Positions 1 to 9,900 of a stretch of DNA of 64,000 nucleotides are shown one piece after another. The notes beneath the pieces are model-generated. The model saw only the letters and a program-made list of their open reading frames with translations. It had not been told where the DNA came from and searched no databases. The stretch's first letter is position 1. Every line of letters starts with the position of its first letter. A program made the position numbers and the translations under genes. Source of the DNA: a bacterium (GTDB lineage Bacteria > Krumholzibacteriota > Krumholzibacteriia > LZORAL124-64-63); assembly GCA_031441465.1 (NCBI GenBank), contig JANOEP010000061.1, positions 40,683 to 104,682 of the forward strand. Reading direction: 5' to 3'.

Positions 1-461
1 GCTAGCAGCAACAGGGTCGCGCCCGCGGCGACGAAGGCGAAGGCGGCCGGCCAGGCGAAGGGGGGCTTCGCGGTGCGGCGCGCGTTTTCGACCGCGCCCA
101 TCGCGCCGAAGATGGCGCCCATCAGCAGGGATCCCGGCACCCAGAGCAGCGCCGACGGCACGACCCGGTTCGGCGCGTCGCCGGCGGCCAGCAGGCTGCC
201 GAGGATCAGCAGGTTGAGCGTCGAGGCCAGCAGCCCGACCCAGAGGCCGCCGCGCCATCCGCGGCCCGTCCAACGGCCGGCCAGCCGGCCGCCGAGGATC
301 AGGAGGCCTAACATCAGGGGCATCAGCACCCACACCGGCGCCTGCACGCCGGGCAGACGGCCGCAGTAGCCGAGGGCCCACATCGCCACCGTGGTGGCGA
401 AGCCGAGAGTCAGGATGTCGCCGCCGTGGGTCGGTTCGCGCCGCTCGCTCACATTGCTCAC
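1..461 (-). CDS. Partial (runs off window) polytopic membrane protein, probably the N-terminal part of a COX15/CtaA heme A synthase-family protein
   Basis: Not in the ORF track. GTG at 461 is preceded by AGGAGG on the minus strand, and the frame is open to the window edge (MSNVSERREPTHGGDILTLGFATTVAMWALGYCGRLPG...AGATLLL) with several hydrophobic segments. It is divergent from ctaB. The CtaA catalytic motifs would lie outside the window, so the product is inferred from context. Confidence 0.5.
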   Translation of the reverse strand, partial: MSNVSERREPTHGGDILTLGFATTVAMWALGYCGRLPGVQAPVWVLMPLMLGLLILGGRLAGRWTGRGWRGGLWVGLLASTLNLLILGSLLAAGDAPNRVVPSALLWVPGSLLMGAIFGAMGAVENARRTAKPPFAWPAAFAFVAAGATLLLL

Positions 462-564
462 TGCACGACCTCCTGTTATGCTGCCGTTGGCGCCGGCCGT
501 CCGCCGGCGCCTTGCCGACCCCATTGCTAGCACGATTCGCCGGACGCCACCACCACGGAGCGCC

Positions 565-1500
565 ATGACCGCCTTGCCGCTGCAGCGCTGGATCGGACTG
601 AGCCTCGAGCTGGGCAAAGCCCGCCTCGGCCTGCTGGTGCTGATGTCCACGCTGGCCGGTTACCTGATGGCGGCGCGACCGCTGCCCGGCTGGGGCCACC
701 TGGCCGTCACGCTGCTGGGCACCATGCTGTGCATCCTGGGCGCCAACGGTTTCAATCAGGTGCTCGAACGCGACCGCGACGCCCTGATGGTGCGCACCCA
801 GGGCCGCCCCCTGCCCTCGGGCCGGATCGGCGTCCGTGCGGCGGCGGTCTGGTCGGGCGCGGTCGTGCTGCTGGGCTTCGGCTTGTTGCTGGCGCTGGCC
901 AACACCGTGGCCGCGGTCCTGGCGCTCGGCACGGTCCTGCTGTACGTGCTGGTCTACACGCCGCTGAAGCCGCGCAGTAATCTGAACACGCTGGTCGGCG
1001 CGGTTTGCGGCGCGATCCCGCCGCTGATCGGTTGGAGTGCGGTGACCGGCGGCGTCCAGGGCGGCGGCTGGTGGCTGGCCCTGCTGCTGTTCGTGTGGCA
1101 GGTGCCGCACTTCCTGGCGCTGGCCTGGCTCTATCGGGACGACTACCGGCGCGCGGGCTTCCGCATGCTGTCGCTGCAGGACCCGCGCGGCGACCGCACG
1201 TTCCGCCTCTTGATGCTCTACGCCTGGGTGCTGCTGCCTCTGGGCCTGGTCGCCACCTTCACGGGCCTGACCGGGGCCGTGTTCGCCGTGGGCTCGTTGC
1301 TGCTCGGCGGCGCCTGGCTCTGGCTGGGCGTGCGCTGCTATCGCGACCGCAGCCGCCTCAACGCGCGCCGTGTGTTCCTGGGCAGCGTGGTCTACCTGCC
1401 GCTGGTGCTCGGCCTGATGGTGGCCGACCGCGCGCCGCCCCGACCGGATCGCACTACCGCCGCTGTGGTCGTCGTCGAGACTCCGCCCGGGAGCGCGTGA
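565..1500 (+). CDS. ctaB: Protoheme IX farnesyltransferase (heme O synthase)
   Basis: UbiA-family motifs NQVLERDRDALMVRTQGRPLPSGRI, YTPLK, GAIPPLIGW and WQVPHFLALAWLYRDDY. ATG at 565 follows GGAG. Confidence 0.95.
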   Translation: MTALPLQRWIGLSLELGKARLGLLVLMSTLAGYLMAARPLPGWGHLAVTLLGTMLCILGANGFNQVLERDRDALMVRTQGRPLPSGRIGVRAAAVWSGAVVLLGFGLLLALANTVAAVLALGTVLLYVLVYTPLKPRSNLNTLVGAVCGAIPPLIGWSAVTGGVQGGGWWLALLLFVWQVPHFLALAWLYRDDYRRAGFRMLSLQDPRGDRTFRLLMLYAWVLLPLGLVATFTGLTGAVFAVGSLLLGGAWLWLGVRCYRDRSRLNARRVFLGSVVYLPLVLGLMVADRAPPRPDRTTAAVVVVETPPGSA

Positions 1501-2546
1501 TGGCCGTCCGCGGCGAATGGCGGCGCGGCGGCTGGGTTCTGGCTGCGGCGCTGCTGATCGTGATCGCGGTCATCGTCTGGAAGGTAGGCGCGGACCTGCG
1601 TTCCGGCGGCAGCCGGCACGCGGTGGGCGACGGCCGCCACCCCCGAACCTACGGCTTCGACCTGGACAACTTCGCCTACCCCGAATCCCTGCTCGCGGCC
1701 GGCGGCGTCCCGCGCGACGGTCTGCCGACGCTCGACCACCCGCCGCTGCTGACCCCCGCCGGCGTCGATTCGCTCAACGACGCGGAGCGCGGCAAGTACC
1801 TCGTCGGCGCCGACCGCGTGCTGGGCGTGGTCGTGCGGGGCGAAGCCCGCTGCTGGCCCCTGCGCGTGCTGGACTGGCACGAGGTCTGCCTCGACACCCT
1901 GGGCGGCGCTCCGTTGGTCGCCACCTGGAGCCCGCTGTCCGGCAGCGCCGCGGTCTACGGGCGCGCGGTCGGCGGGGACACACTGCGCTTCGGCGTGAGC
2001 GGGCTGCTGCTGAACTCCAACACGCTGCTGTTCGACCGCGCGGTGTCGCCGAGCCTGTGGTGCCAGCTGACCGGCGAGGCCGTCGGCGGCCCCCGGCGCG
2101 GTGCGCGGCTGCCCCGGCTGCCCGCGGTCGTGACGACCTGGGAGCATTGGCGCCGCGATCATCCCGGCACGACCGTGCCGGCGCCTGCGCCGACCTTCAA
2201 GCGGCGCTACCAGTCCCGGCCCTACCAGTCGTACCGATCCGGGGGACGGACCCGCTTCCCCTCGGCGCCGCTGCCCGCGACCGGCCGGCTCGACCCGCTG
2301 CTGATCGTCGAGACGCCGGCCGGCCGCCACGTCCTGGATGCCGTGCGCCTGGTGAGCGACGCCGGTCCCGCCGGTGTCTGGACCGGCGTCCTGGACGGGA
2401 TCGCGGTGCGGTTGCGCGTTGCGCCGCAGGCGCCCGGCGAGCAGCCGGCTGTGTGGTCTGAACTGGTCACGGGCGCTGGGTTCACCTTATACTATGCCGA
2501 TCGCTTCGCTTGGCACGCTTTCCACCCCGAGGACCGGTTGCCATGA
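1500..2546 (+). CDS. DUF3179-family membrane-anchored protein
   Basis: N-terminal TM, then GGVPRDGLPTLDHP, ARCWPLRVLDWHEV, FGVSGLLLNSNTLLFDR, SLWCQLTGEAV and TTWEHWRRDHPGT. The start overlaps the ctaB stop (TGATG). Confidence 0.8.
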   Translation: MAVRGEWRRGGWVLAAALLIVIAVIVWKVGADLRSGGSRHAVGDGRHPRTYGFDLDNFAYPESLLAAGGVPRDGLPTLDHPPLLTPAGVDSLNDAERGKYLVGADRVLGVVVRGEARCWPLRVLDWHEVCLDTLGGAPLVATWSPLSGSAAVYGRAVGGDTLRFGVSGLLLNSNTLLFDRAVSPSLWCQLTGEAVGGPRRGARLPRLPAVVTTWEHWRRDHPGTTVPAPAPTFKRRYQSRPYQSYRSGGRTRFPSAPLPATGRLDPLLIVETPAGRHVLDAVRLVSDAGPAGVWTGVLDGIAVRLRVAPQAPGEQPAVWSELVTGAGFTLYYADRFAWHAFHPEDRLP

Positions 2547-3904
2547 GACACGCCTCGACGTTCGCGCTGCTGTTGACGGTGTCCTTGCTGGCCGCGGGCT
2601 GCGGCGGCGGCGATCCCGACCCGTCGCCCACCGGCGTCGTGAAGGTGTTCACCTTGCCCGCCACCCTCGACGCGGGCTGGACGCTGTCCGGTCCCGCAGG
2701 GGCGGTCATCGACGGCACGGACGACGCGCGCCACCCCGGCCGCGCCGCCGGGTCGTGGACGATCGTCTGGGACGAGGTCGTGGACTGGGCGCGGCCGCTC
2801 TCGCAGACCCGCACGCTGGCCGACGGGGACTCCATCACCTTCACGGGCCAGTACGTGTACGACCCGCCGCCGACGACCGGCACCCTGACGATCGACATCG
2901 AGCCCAATGACCTGCAGGCCCGCTGGGTGCTGAAGCGTCTGCCCGGCGGCGACGACGACCTCACCGGCACCGGCGACGCCGTCCTGGACGACCTGCCGCC
3001 CGGCCCCTTCACCGTGGCCTGGCAGCAGGAGCCGGGCTGGACCGTGCCGGCGCCGGGCTGGGTCGACGGCCTGATCACCGCGGGCGAGACGTCGGCCGCG
3101 GCCGTGACCTACACGGTGCTGCCGACCTGGCCGTTCACCACCGTGCGCCTGGAAGCGGGCGTCTTCACGATGGGTTCTCCCGCGCCGGAACTCGGCCGCG
3201 AGACGGACGAGGGCCCGCGGCACGAGGTGACCCTCACGCGCCCCTTGCTGGTCGCGACCACCGAACTCACCAACGGGCAATGGGACGCGGTCGTGCGCGA
3301 CGGCCGGCTGGTGGACCCCACCCTCTCCAACCAGCCCGTCGCCTCGGTCACCTGGTACGAAGCGGTGGATTTCTGCAACGCGCTGTCCGCCACCGACGGG
3401 CTCACGGCCGCCTACGCCGTCAACGGTCCGCAGGTGGCCTGGAATCCGGACGCCGACGGTTGGCGGCTGCCGACCGAGGCCGAGTGGGAGGCCCTGTGCC
3501 GGGCCGGTTCGCAGGGATCGCTGAGCGACGGCGAACTGTCGCGTCTCGACACGGAGATCGATCCCGTGCTGTCGTTCTTCGGCTGGTCGGCGGCCAACTC
3601 CGACAACCGCGTGAAACCGGTGCGGGCCCGGCTGCCCAATCCCCTGGGACTGTACGACGTCCACGGCAACGTGCTGGAGTGGTGCTGGGACCGTTACGGC
3701 GCCACCTACTACACGAGCGACCCCGCGACCGACCCGGCCGGGCCGCTGACGGGGAGCAACCGGGTGCTGCGCGGCGGTTCCTTCGCCGATGCGAACCAGC
3801 GGCTGCGCTGTGCGGCTCGCGCCTACCTCGATCCCGGCGCCGCCGTGGGGATCGTGGGCTTCCGCCCCGTGCGCAACGCGCCGGCGCTCAAGGCCGGGCG
3901 GTAA
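2543..3904 (+). CDS. Lipoprotein with a C-terminal formylglycine-generating-enzyme (FGE-sulfatase) domain
   Basis: Lipobox LLAAGC; FTMGS...E.P.H.V; RLPTEAEWE; PNPLGLYDVHGNVLEWCWD; RVLRGGSF; GFR. ATGA overlap with the upstream stop. Confidence 0.85.
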   Translation: MRHASTFALLLTVSLLAAGCGGGDPDPSPTGVVKVFTLPATLDAGWTLSGPAGAVIDGTDDARHPGRAAGSWTIVWDEVVDWARPLSQTRTLADGDSITFTGQYVYDPPPTTGTLTIDIEPNDLQARWVLKRLPGGDDDLTGTGDAVLDDLPPGPFTVAWQQEPGWTVPAPGWVDGLITAGETSAAAVTYTVLPTWPFTTVRLEAGVFTMGSPAPELGRETDEGPRHEVTLTRPLLVATTELTNGQWDAVVRDGRLVDPTLSNQPVASVTWYEAVDFCNALSATDGLTAAYAVNGPQVAWNPDADGWRLPTEAEWEALCRAGSQGSLSDGELSRLDTEIDPVLSFFGWSAANSDNRVKPVRARLPNPLGLYDVHGNVLEWCWDRYGATYYTSDPATDPAGPLTGSNRVLRGGSFADANQRLRCAARAYLDPGAAVGIVGFRPVRNAPALKAGR

Positions 3905-3912
3905 ATGCCGAT

Positions 3913-3941
3913 TTTGCAGATGGTGCGGTAACGCTTATCTT
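3913..3941 (+). promoter_or_regulatory. Candidate sigma70 promoter for the leader-czcCBA unit
   Basis: TTTGCA/TTGCAG followed 16-17 nt later by TATCTT, in an AT-richer gap upstream of a GGGAGG RBS. Confidence 0.4.
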
Positions 3942-3963
3942 GCCGCGACCGGGAGGCGCACGT

Positions 3964-4296
3964 TTGAATCGACGCTGGATCGCCATGATCGCACTGGTTT
4001 GCTTGGCCGCGGGGTTCGTCCCGGCCCAGGTCGCTGCGGTCTGCGCCTCCGCGCCGGTGCACGACGACGTTTGCCACACCGAGAGCATCCCTTGCGCCGA
4101 CCCCGACCAGGACGGCAACCCCTGCGGTTCGGACTGCCCCTGCGCCTGCTGCCCTGGCCATGGCGCCGTGCCGATGTTCATGGTCGAGTGCCTCACCCAT
4201 GAGGTTCGGCCTGCCTCCATCCGGATCGGCCTGCGCCCCGACGCCCCCGCCCCCCGCGACACCCAGCACGGCATCTTCCACCCTCCTCGCGCCTGA
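3964..4296 (+). CDS. Small secreted Cys/His-rich protein, putative metal-responsive leader (CzcI/DUF2946-like)
   Basis: TTG start after GGGAGG, signal-peptide-like N-terminus, PCGSDCPCACCPGH, and C-terminal IFHPPRA-stop. Lies directly upstream of czcC. Confidence 0.65.
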   Translation: MNRRWIAMIALVCLAAGFVPAQVAAVCASAPVHDDVCHTESIPCADPDQDGNPCGSDCPCACCPGHGAVPMFMVECLTHEVRPASIRIGLRPDAPAPRDTQHGIFHPPRA

Positions 4297-4417
4297 TCAG
4301 CCCCGAATCGTCGATATCGTCGTCCGCTCGCCCACGCGAGCGGCGGGCTCAAGCGTCACGGAACGTACCGCGGGATCGCTCCCGGCTGGGTCGTTCCCCA
4401 CAGGCAGGTGTGTCGAG

Positions 4418-5656
4418 ATGCTGATCAACAAGAAACACGTCCTCGCTGCAGGCTTCGTCCTGCTGATCGCGAACGCCGCGGTTGCGGAGCCGGCGGTGAT
4501 CGAGATCACCTGGTCCGAGATCACCGGCCTGGTCGACGCGCATCCCCTGCTCGCGGCGGGGGAGTACGGAGTCGAAGCGGCGCAGGGTGCGGTCGCCGCC
4601 GCCGGCGCGCGGCCCAATCCGGTCCTGGAGGCGGCCTTGGGCCGGGGCCGTGAGCGCCCGGGCGAGGAGTTCGGCCGTCAGTGGGACCTGTCGCTCACGC
4701 TGCCCCTGGACTGGCTGTCTCGGCGCTCGCCGCAGGTGACCGCGGCGAAGGCGGGCCTCGACGCCGCCGCGGCCGAGCGCGAGGCGATCCGGCGCGAGGC
4801 CCTGCTGGAACTGCGCACGCAGTTCTGGCGACTCGTCCACGACCAGGAGCAGGTCGTGGTGGTCGAGGGACTGGCGCGGGAGACGTCGAACTTGGCGACG
4901 GCCGTGGGCAGGCGCGTGCAGGCGGGCGAGGCGCGGCCCGTCGAACAGACGCAAGTCGAGATCGAACGGGAACTGATCGACGGCGAGCTGGCGGCGGCGC
5001 GGTCTTCGCTGGCTTCGCTCCAGGCGCAGCTCGCGCTCTGGCTCGGTGCTCCCGAGGGCGGGCGGATCGTCGCCGTCGCCGATCTGAATGTGTTGCCCGC
5101 CCTGCCGGGTCCCGTGGCCGAGCTTGGTGCGACCGCGGCCGATCAGCCCGCGCTGCGGGCCGAAGCGGCCCGGGTGCGCGTGCTCGCCGCCGATCTCTCG
5201 GCCGAGAAGCGCCAGCGTCTGCCGGCCTTCTCACTGATGGCCTTCACCACCAAGGAACAGGAGCGGCGAGCCCACGGCGCCGGGATCGCCGTCGATCTGC
5301 CCCTGTGGAACTGGAACTCCGGCGGTATCGCGGTGGCGCAGGCGCAGCTCGCCGCCGGCCGTAGCCGGGAGGAAGCCCGGCGCCGGTCGTTCGCGGCGGA
5401 GATCGTCGAAGCCGTCGCCGCCTGCCGCATCTCGATCGAGTCCGCGTCGCGGTTCGCCGCCGGCGTCGTCCCGCGGTCCGCGTCGGCCGCTTCCGTCATC
5501 GAAAAGACCTACCTGCTGGGCGAAACCAGCCTGCTGGAAGTGATCGACGCGCGGCGCACGCTGCTCGCGTCGCGCCGCCAGCTCCTGGATGCGCTCGCCC
5601 AGGCCCAGATCGACCACTGCCGCCTCCGGGCGCTGATCGGGGAGGAACTCCCGTGA
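4418..5656 (+). CDS. czcC: TolC-family outer membrane factor (CzcC-like)
   Basis: Signal peptide, ARPNP, DLPLWNWNSGGI and YLLGETSLLEVIDARR. First gene of an OMF-MFP-RND trio. Confidence 0.85.
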   Translation: MLINKKHVLAAGFVLLIANAAVAEPAVIEITWSEITGLVDAHPLLAAGEYGVEAAQGAVAAAGARPNPVLEAALGRGRERPGEEFGRQWDLSLTLPLDWLSRRSPQVTAAKAGLDAAAAEREAIRREALLELRTQFWRLVHDQEQVVVVEGLARETSNLATAVGRRVQAGEARPVEQTQVEIERELIDGELAAARSSLASLQAQLALWLGAPEGGRIVAVADLNVLPALPGPVAELGATAADQPALRAEAARVRVLAADLSAEKRQRLPAFSLMAFTTKEQERRAHGAGIAVDLPLWNWNSGGIAVAQAQLAAGRSREEARRRSFAAEIVEAVAACRISIESASRFAAGVVPRSASAASVIEKTYLLGETSLLEVIDARRTLLASRRQLLDALAQAQIDHCRLRALIGEELP

Positions 5657-6969
5657 ACATCCGCAACCTAGCGATCATTGTCGTCTTGGGGCTTCTGCCG
5701 GCCGCCGCGCTCGTGTCCTGCGACCGGTCTTCCCCGCCGCCGCCGGCCACGGCGGAATCCCCGGACCACGACCACGAAGCCGCGGAGGCGGAATCGGAGG
5801 CCTCCGACCTCGACCGCCCGGTCGAGGATCTGTTCGCCGCCGACTGCGAACACCAGGTCAAGACGTTCGCCTGCGATGAGTGCCGCTACGAAGTCGGCGT
5901 CGTGCGCGTGCCGGCGAGCCTGGTCGAGGGCAAGCTGGTCGAGACCGCACAGGTCGAGCGGCGCGCCGTGGATGTCGCGGTCCCGCTGACCGGCGAGGTC
6001 CGCTTCGACGAGCGGCGCGTGGGGCACGTCAGCCCGCTCGTAGAAGGCGTCGTGTCGGCGGTCCATGTCAAGCTCGGCGACCGGGTCCGGCGCGGGCAGG
6101 CGCTCGTCGAACTCGAGTGCACGGCGGTCGGGCAGGCGCAGGCCGAGTACCTCGCGGCGCAGGGGATGCTCGACCTCTCCCGTCGCAACCTGGAACGGGT
6201 CTCCGACCTGAGACGGGAAGCCATCGCCTCGGAGAAGGAATTCCTGCTGGCGCAGCAGGAAGCCGGAGCCGCGCAGATCCGCGCCGACGGGGCCCGCGGC
6301 CAGCTCGCGCGCTTCGGCATGTCGGAGGCGGCGGTGAGCGCCCTCGCCAGCGGCGACGGCCTGGGTCGGCTGACCCTGCGCGCCCCGTTGGACGGCGCGG
6401 TGCTGGCCATGCACGCCGTGCCCGGGGAAGTGGCCGGGACCGACGCGTCCCTGTTCACGGTCGGCGACCACGCCGTCGTCTGGGTGTGGGCGGACCTCTA
6501 CGAAGGCGACATCGCGGGCGTCTCCCGCGCGCAGGCGACGCAGAAGCTGGCGGCGGCGGTCTCGGTCAAGGCCTATCCGGGCGAATCGTTCGCCGGGACC
6601 GTGGACCTCGTCAGCCCGTCCATGGACGAGTCCTCGCGCACGGTGAAGGTGCGCGTGGAGGTGCCGAACCCGGACGGCCGTCTGCTGGCGGGCATGTTCG
6701 CCGACGTGGCGCTGCAGCTGCCTGGGGGCGAGGCGGTCCTGGCCGTGCCGCCGGCGGCCGTCCTCGACGACGAGGGCCGGGAGTTCGTGTTCGTCCACCA
6801 TCACGACGACTACTTCGTGCGCCGGCCGGTGAAGACCGGCCGCGCGGCCGCGGGTTGGGTCGAGGTCCTGTCCGGGCTCGCGGCGGGGCAGACCGTGATG
6901 ACCGAGGGCGCCTTCCTGCTGAAATCCGACGTGCTGCGCGCCAAGATGGGCGCCGGCTGCGCTGACTAA
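5653..6969 (+). CDS. czcB: RND efflux periplasmic adaptor (CzcB/CusB-like lipoprotein)
   Basis: Lipobox-like LVSC, LRAPLDG, SRTVKVRVEVPNPDGRLLAGMF, and an extra CEH-x6-CDEC motif. Confidence 0.88.
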   Translation: MNIRNLAIIVVLGLLPAAALVSCDRSSPPPPATAESPDHDHEAAEAESEASDLDRPVEDLFAADCEHQVKTFACDECRYEVGVVRVPASLVEGKLVETAQVERRAVDVAVPLTGEVRFDERRVGHVSPLVEGVVSAVHVKLGDRVRRGQALVELECTAVGQAQAEYLAAQGMLDLSRRNLERVSDLRREAIASEKEFLLAQQEAGAAQIRADGARGQLARFGMSEAAVSALASGDGLGRLTLRAPLDGAVLAMHAVPGEVAGTDASLFTVGDHAVVWVWADLYEGDIAGVSRAQATQKLAAAVSVKAYPGESFAGTVDLVSPSMDESSRTVKVRVEVPNPDGRLLAGMFADVALQLPGGEAVLAVPPAAVLDDEGREFVFVHHHDDYFVRRPVKTGRAAAGWVEVLSGLAAGQTVMTEGAFLLKSDVLRAKMGAGCAD

Positions 6970-6983
6970 CAACGGGAGCGATC

Positions 6984-9900
6984 ATGCGTACCGTGACCTT
7001 GCTGCTGAACAACCGTCTCCTGGTGCTGCTGGCGACGGCGGTGCTGGTCGCCGCCGGCGTGGTCGCCTGGCTGCACCTGCCCATCGACGCCTTTCCGGAC
7101 GTGACCAACACGCAGGTGGTGATCATCTCCCAGGCCCCGGGTTTCGCCGCGGTCGACGTGGAACAGCGGGTCAGCTACCCGATCGAACAGGTCATGCGCG
7201 GCCTGCCGCGCGTGCAGCAGGTGCGCTCCCTGTCGCGGGCCGGCCTGTCGCAGGTGGTGATCGTGTTCGAGGACGGGGCCGACACCTACTGGACGCGGCA
7301 GGTGGTGTTCGAGCGCCTGGACGCGGCCCGCGAGCAGCTGCCGCCCGGCGTCGAGCCCGAGCTGGGCCCCATCTCGACCGGCCTGGGCGAGATCTACCAG
7401 TACACGCTCGAAGGCGACGACGAGACCGCGATGGAGCTGCGGTCGATCCAGGACTGGCTCGTCGCCCCCTGGCTGAAGCCGATCCCCGGCGTGAACGAGG
7501 TCAACAGCTTCGGCGGCGAGGTGAAGCAGTACCAGGTCCTGGTCTCGCCCGAGATGCTGCTGAAGTACGGCCTGACCGTGAACGACGTCGTCGACGCCGT
7601 CGAGCAGGGCAACGCCAACTCCGGCGGCGGCGTGGTCGTGCGCGGCTGGGAGCAGATGTACCTGCGCGGCGTGGGGCTGCTGCGCGACATCCCGGATCTC
7701 GAGAACATCGTGCTGAAGGCCGCGGACGGGGCGCCCGTCTACCTGCGGGACGTCGCGGGGGTGGTCATCGGCGCCGAGCCCCGGCAGGGCGCCGTCTCCC
7801 GCGACGGCAAGGGCGAGGTCGTGGCCGGCATGATCATCATGCTCAAAGGCGAGAACGCCAAGGAGGTGGTCGGCCGGGTCCAAAACGCGGTCGCGAAGCT
7901 CCAGGGGGCGCTGCCCGAGGGCGTCCGCCTCAACGTTTTCTACGACCGCACCTCGCTGATCGAGGCCTGCATCCACACCGTGATCAAGGCGCTGCTCGAG
8001 GGCGGGATCTTCGTCATCCTGGTGCTGTTCCTGTTCGTCGCCGAGCTGCGCTCCGCGCTGATCGTCGTGGTCTCCCTGCCGCTCACCTTCCTGGTGACCT
8101 TCATCCTCATGGGCTCCGCGGGGATCACCTCCAACCTCATGAGCCTCGGCGGCCTGGCGTTCTCCGTGGGCATGGTCGTGGACGCGTCCATCGTGGTGGT
8201 GGAGAATTCCCGCCGCCACCTCGCGCACCTGACCGATTCCGCCTCGAGGAGGCGGGTCGTCGCCGAGGCCGTCGTCGAGGTGGCGAAGCCCGTCGCCTTC
8301 TCGGTGCTGATCATCGCGGTCATCCTGGTGCCGCTGTTCACGCTGCAGGGGATCGAGGGCAAGATGTTCGCCCCGCTGGCCGGGACGATGCTCATCGCCC
8401 TGCTGGTCTCGCTCGTGGTGGCGTTCACGATCATCCCGGTCCTCGGCGAGCGCTTCCTGGGTCAGGGCCCCGAGCGGGAGTTCGGCTTCATCCGCCGCTT
8501 CCACCGCGGCTACGTGCGCCTGCTCAGCCGCGCCGTGCGGCGTCCCGCGCTGACGCTCGGGATCTCGGGCGGTGTGCTCGTCGCCTCGCTGGCGCTCATC
8601 CCGCTCATGGGCACCGAGTTCATGCCGCCGCTGGACGAGGGGGCGCTCGCCGTGAACGTGGTGCGGCTGCCCAACGCTTCGCTGGACGGCTCGGTGCGCG
8701 TCTCCAGCTTCATCGAGCAGCGCCTGCGGAAGTTCCCCGAGGTCGAGACCGTGGTCAGCAAGACGGGCCGTGCCGAGATTTCGGAGGACCCGATGGGGCC
8801 GGAGCAGACCGACGTCTTCATCATGCTCAAGCCGCGCAAGGAGTGGGACGCCGGGCGCGACAAGGACGAACTCGTGGACGCCATCCAGAAGGACCTCTCC
8901 GAGATCCCGGGGTTGCGCTTCTCGTTTTCGCAGCCGATCGCGCTGCGGGTGAACGAACTCATCTCCGGCGTGAAGAGCGACCTCGCGATCAAGGTCTTCG
9001 GCCCCGACCTCGAGGTGCTGAAGTCGTTCGCGGACCGCGCGGCCGCCGTGCTGCAGGGGATCGAGGGGGCGAGGGACGTGAAGGTGGAGCAGGTGTCCGG
9101 CATGTCGCAGATCGACGTGGTGATCGACCGCCAGGCCGTGGCGAGGCACGGCATCAAGATCGCCGACGTCAACGCCGCCATCGAGACGGCGGTCGCCGGG
9201 AAGTTGGCCACGACCCTGATCGAGGGGCAGCGGCGCATCGCCGTGGTCGTGCGGTTCCCGGAGGCGGCGCGCGGCAGCATCCCGGTGCTCGAGCGCCTGC
9301 TGATCACAGCCCCGGGCGGGGAGCGGGTGCCGCTGGCGCAGATCGCGGCCTTCGAGGTGGTCGAGGCGCCGGCGCAGGTGAGCCGTGAGAACGGCATGCG
9401 GCGCGTCGTGGCCGAAGCCAACATCCGCGGCCGCGACCTCGGCGGTTTCGTGGGTGAGGTCCAGACGCGCCTCGCGCCGCTGGTGGAGGAACTCCCGATC
9501 GGCTACTACGTCGAGTACGGCGGTCAGTTCGAGAACCAGCAGCGGGCCATGCGCCAGCTCTCCATCGTGGTGCCGGTGGCGCTCCTGCTCATCATGGTCC
9601 TGCTCACCATGGCGCTCGGCTCGATCTGGAACGCCCTGCTGGTGCTGCTCAACCTCCCGTTCGCACTCATCGGGGGTGTGATCGCCGTCGTGGTCTTCCG
9701 GATGCCCGTATCGGTGTCCGCGGCGGTGGCCTTCATCGTCCTGCTCGGCATCGCCGTGCAGAACGGCGTCGTGCTTGTGGCGTTCTTCCGCCAGCTCCGG
9801 GAGCGGGGCGAGTCGGTGGCCGACACGGTGATCAAGGGCTGCGACCTGCGCTTCCGGCCGCTGCTGATGACCGCGCTCGCGAGCTTCATCGGGCACCTGC

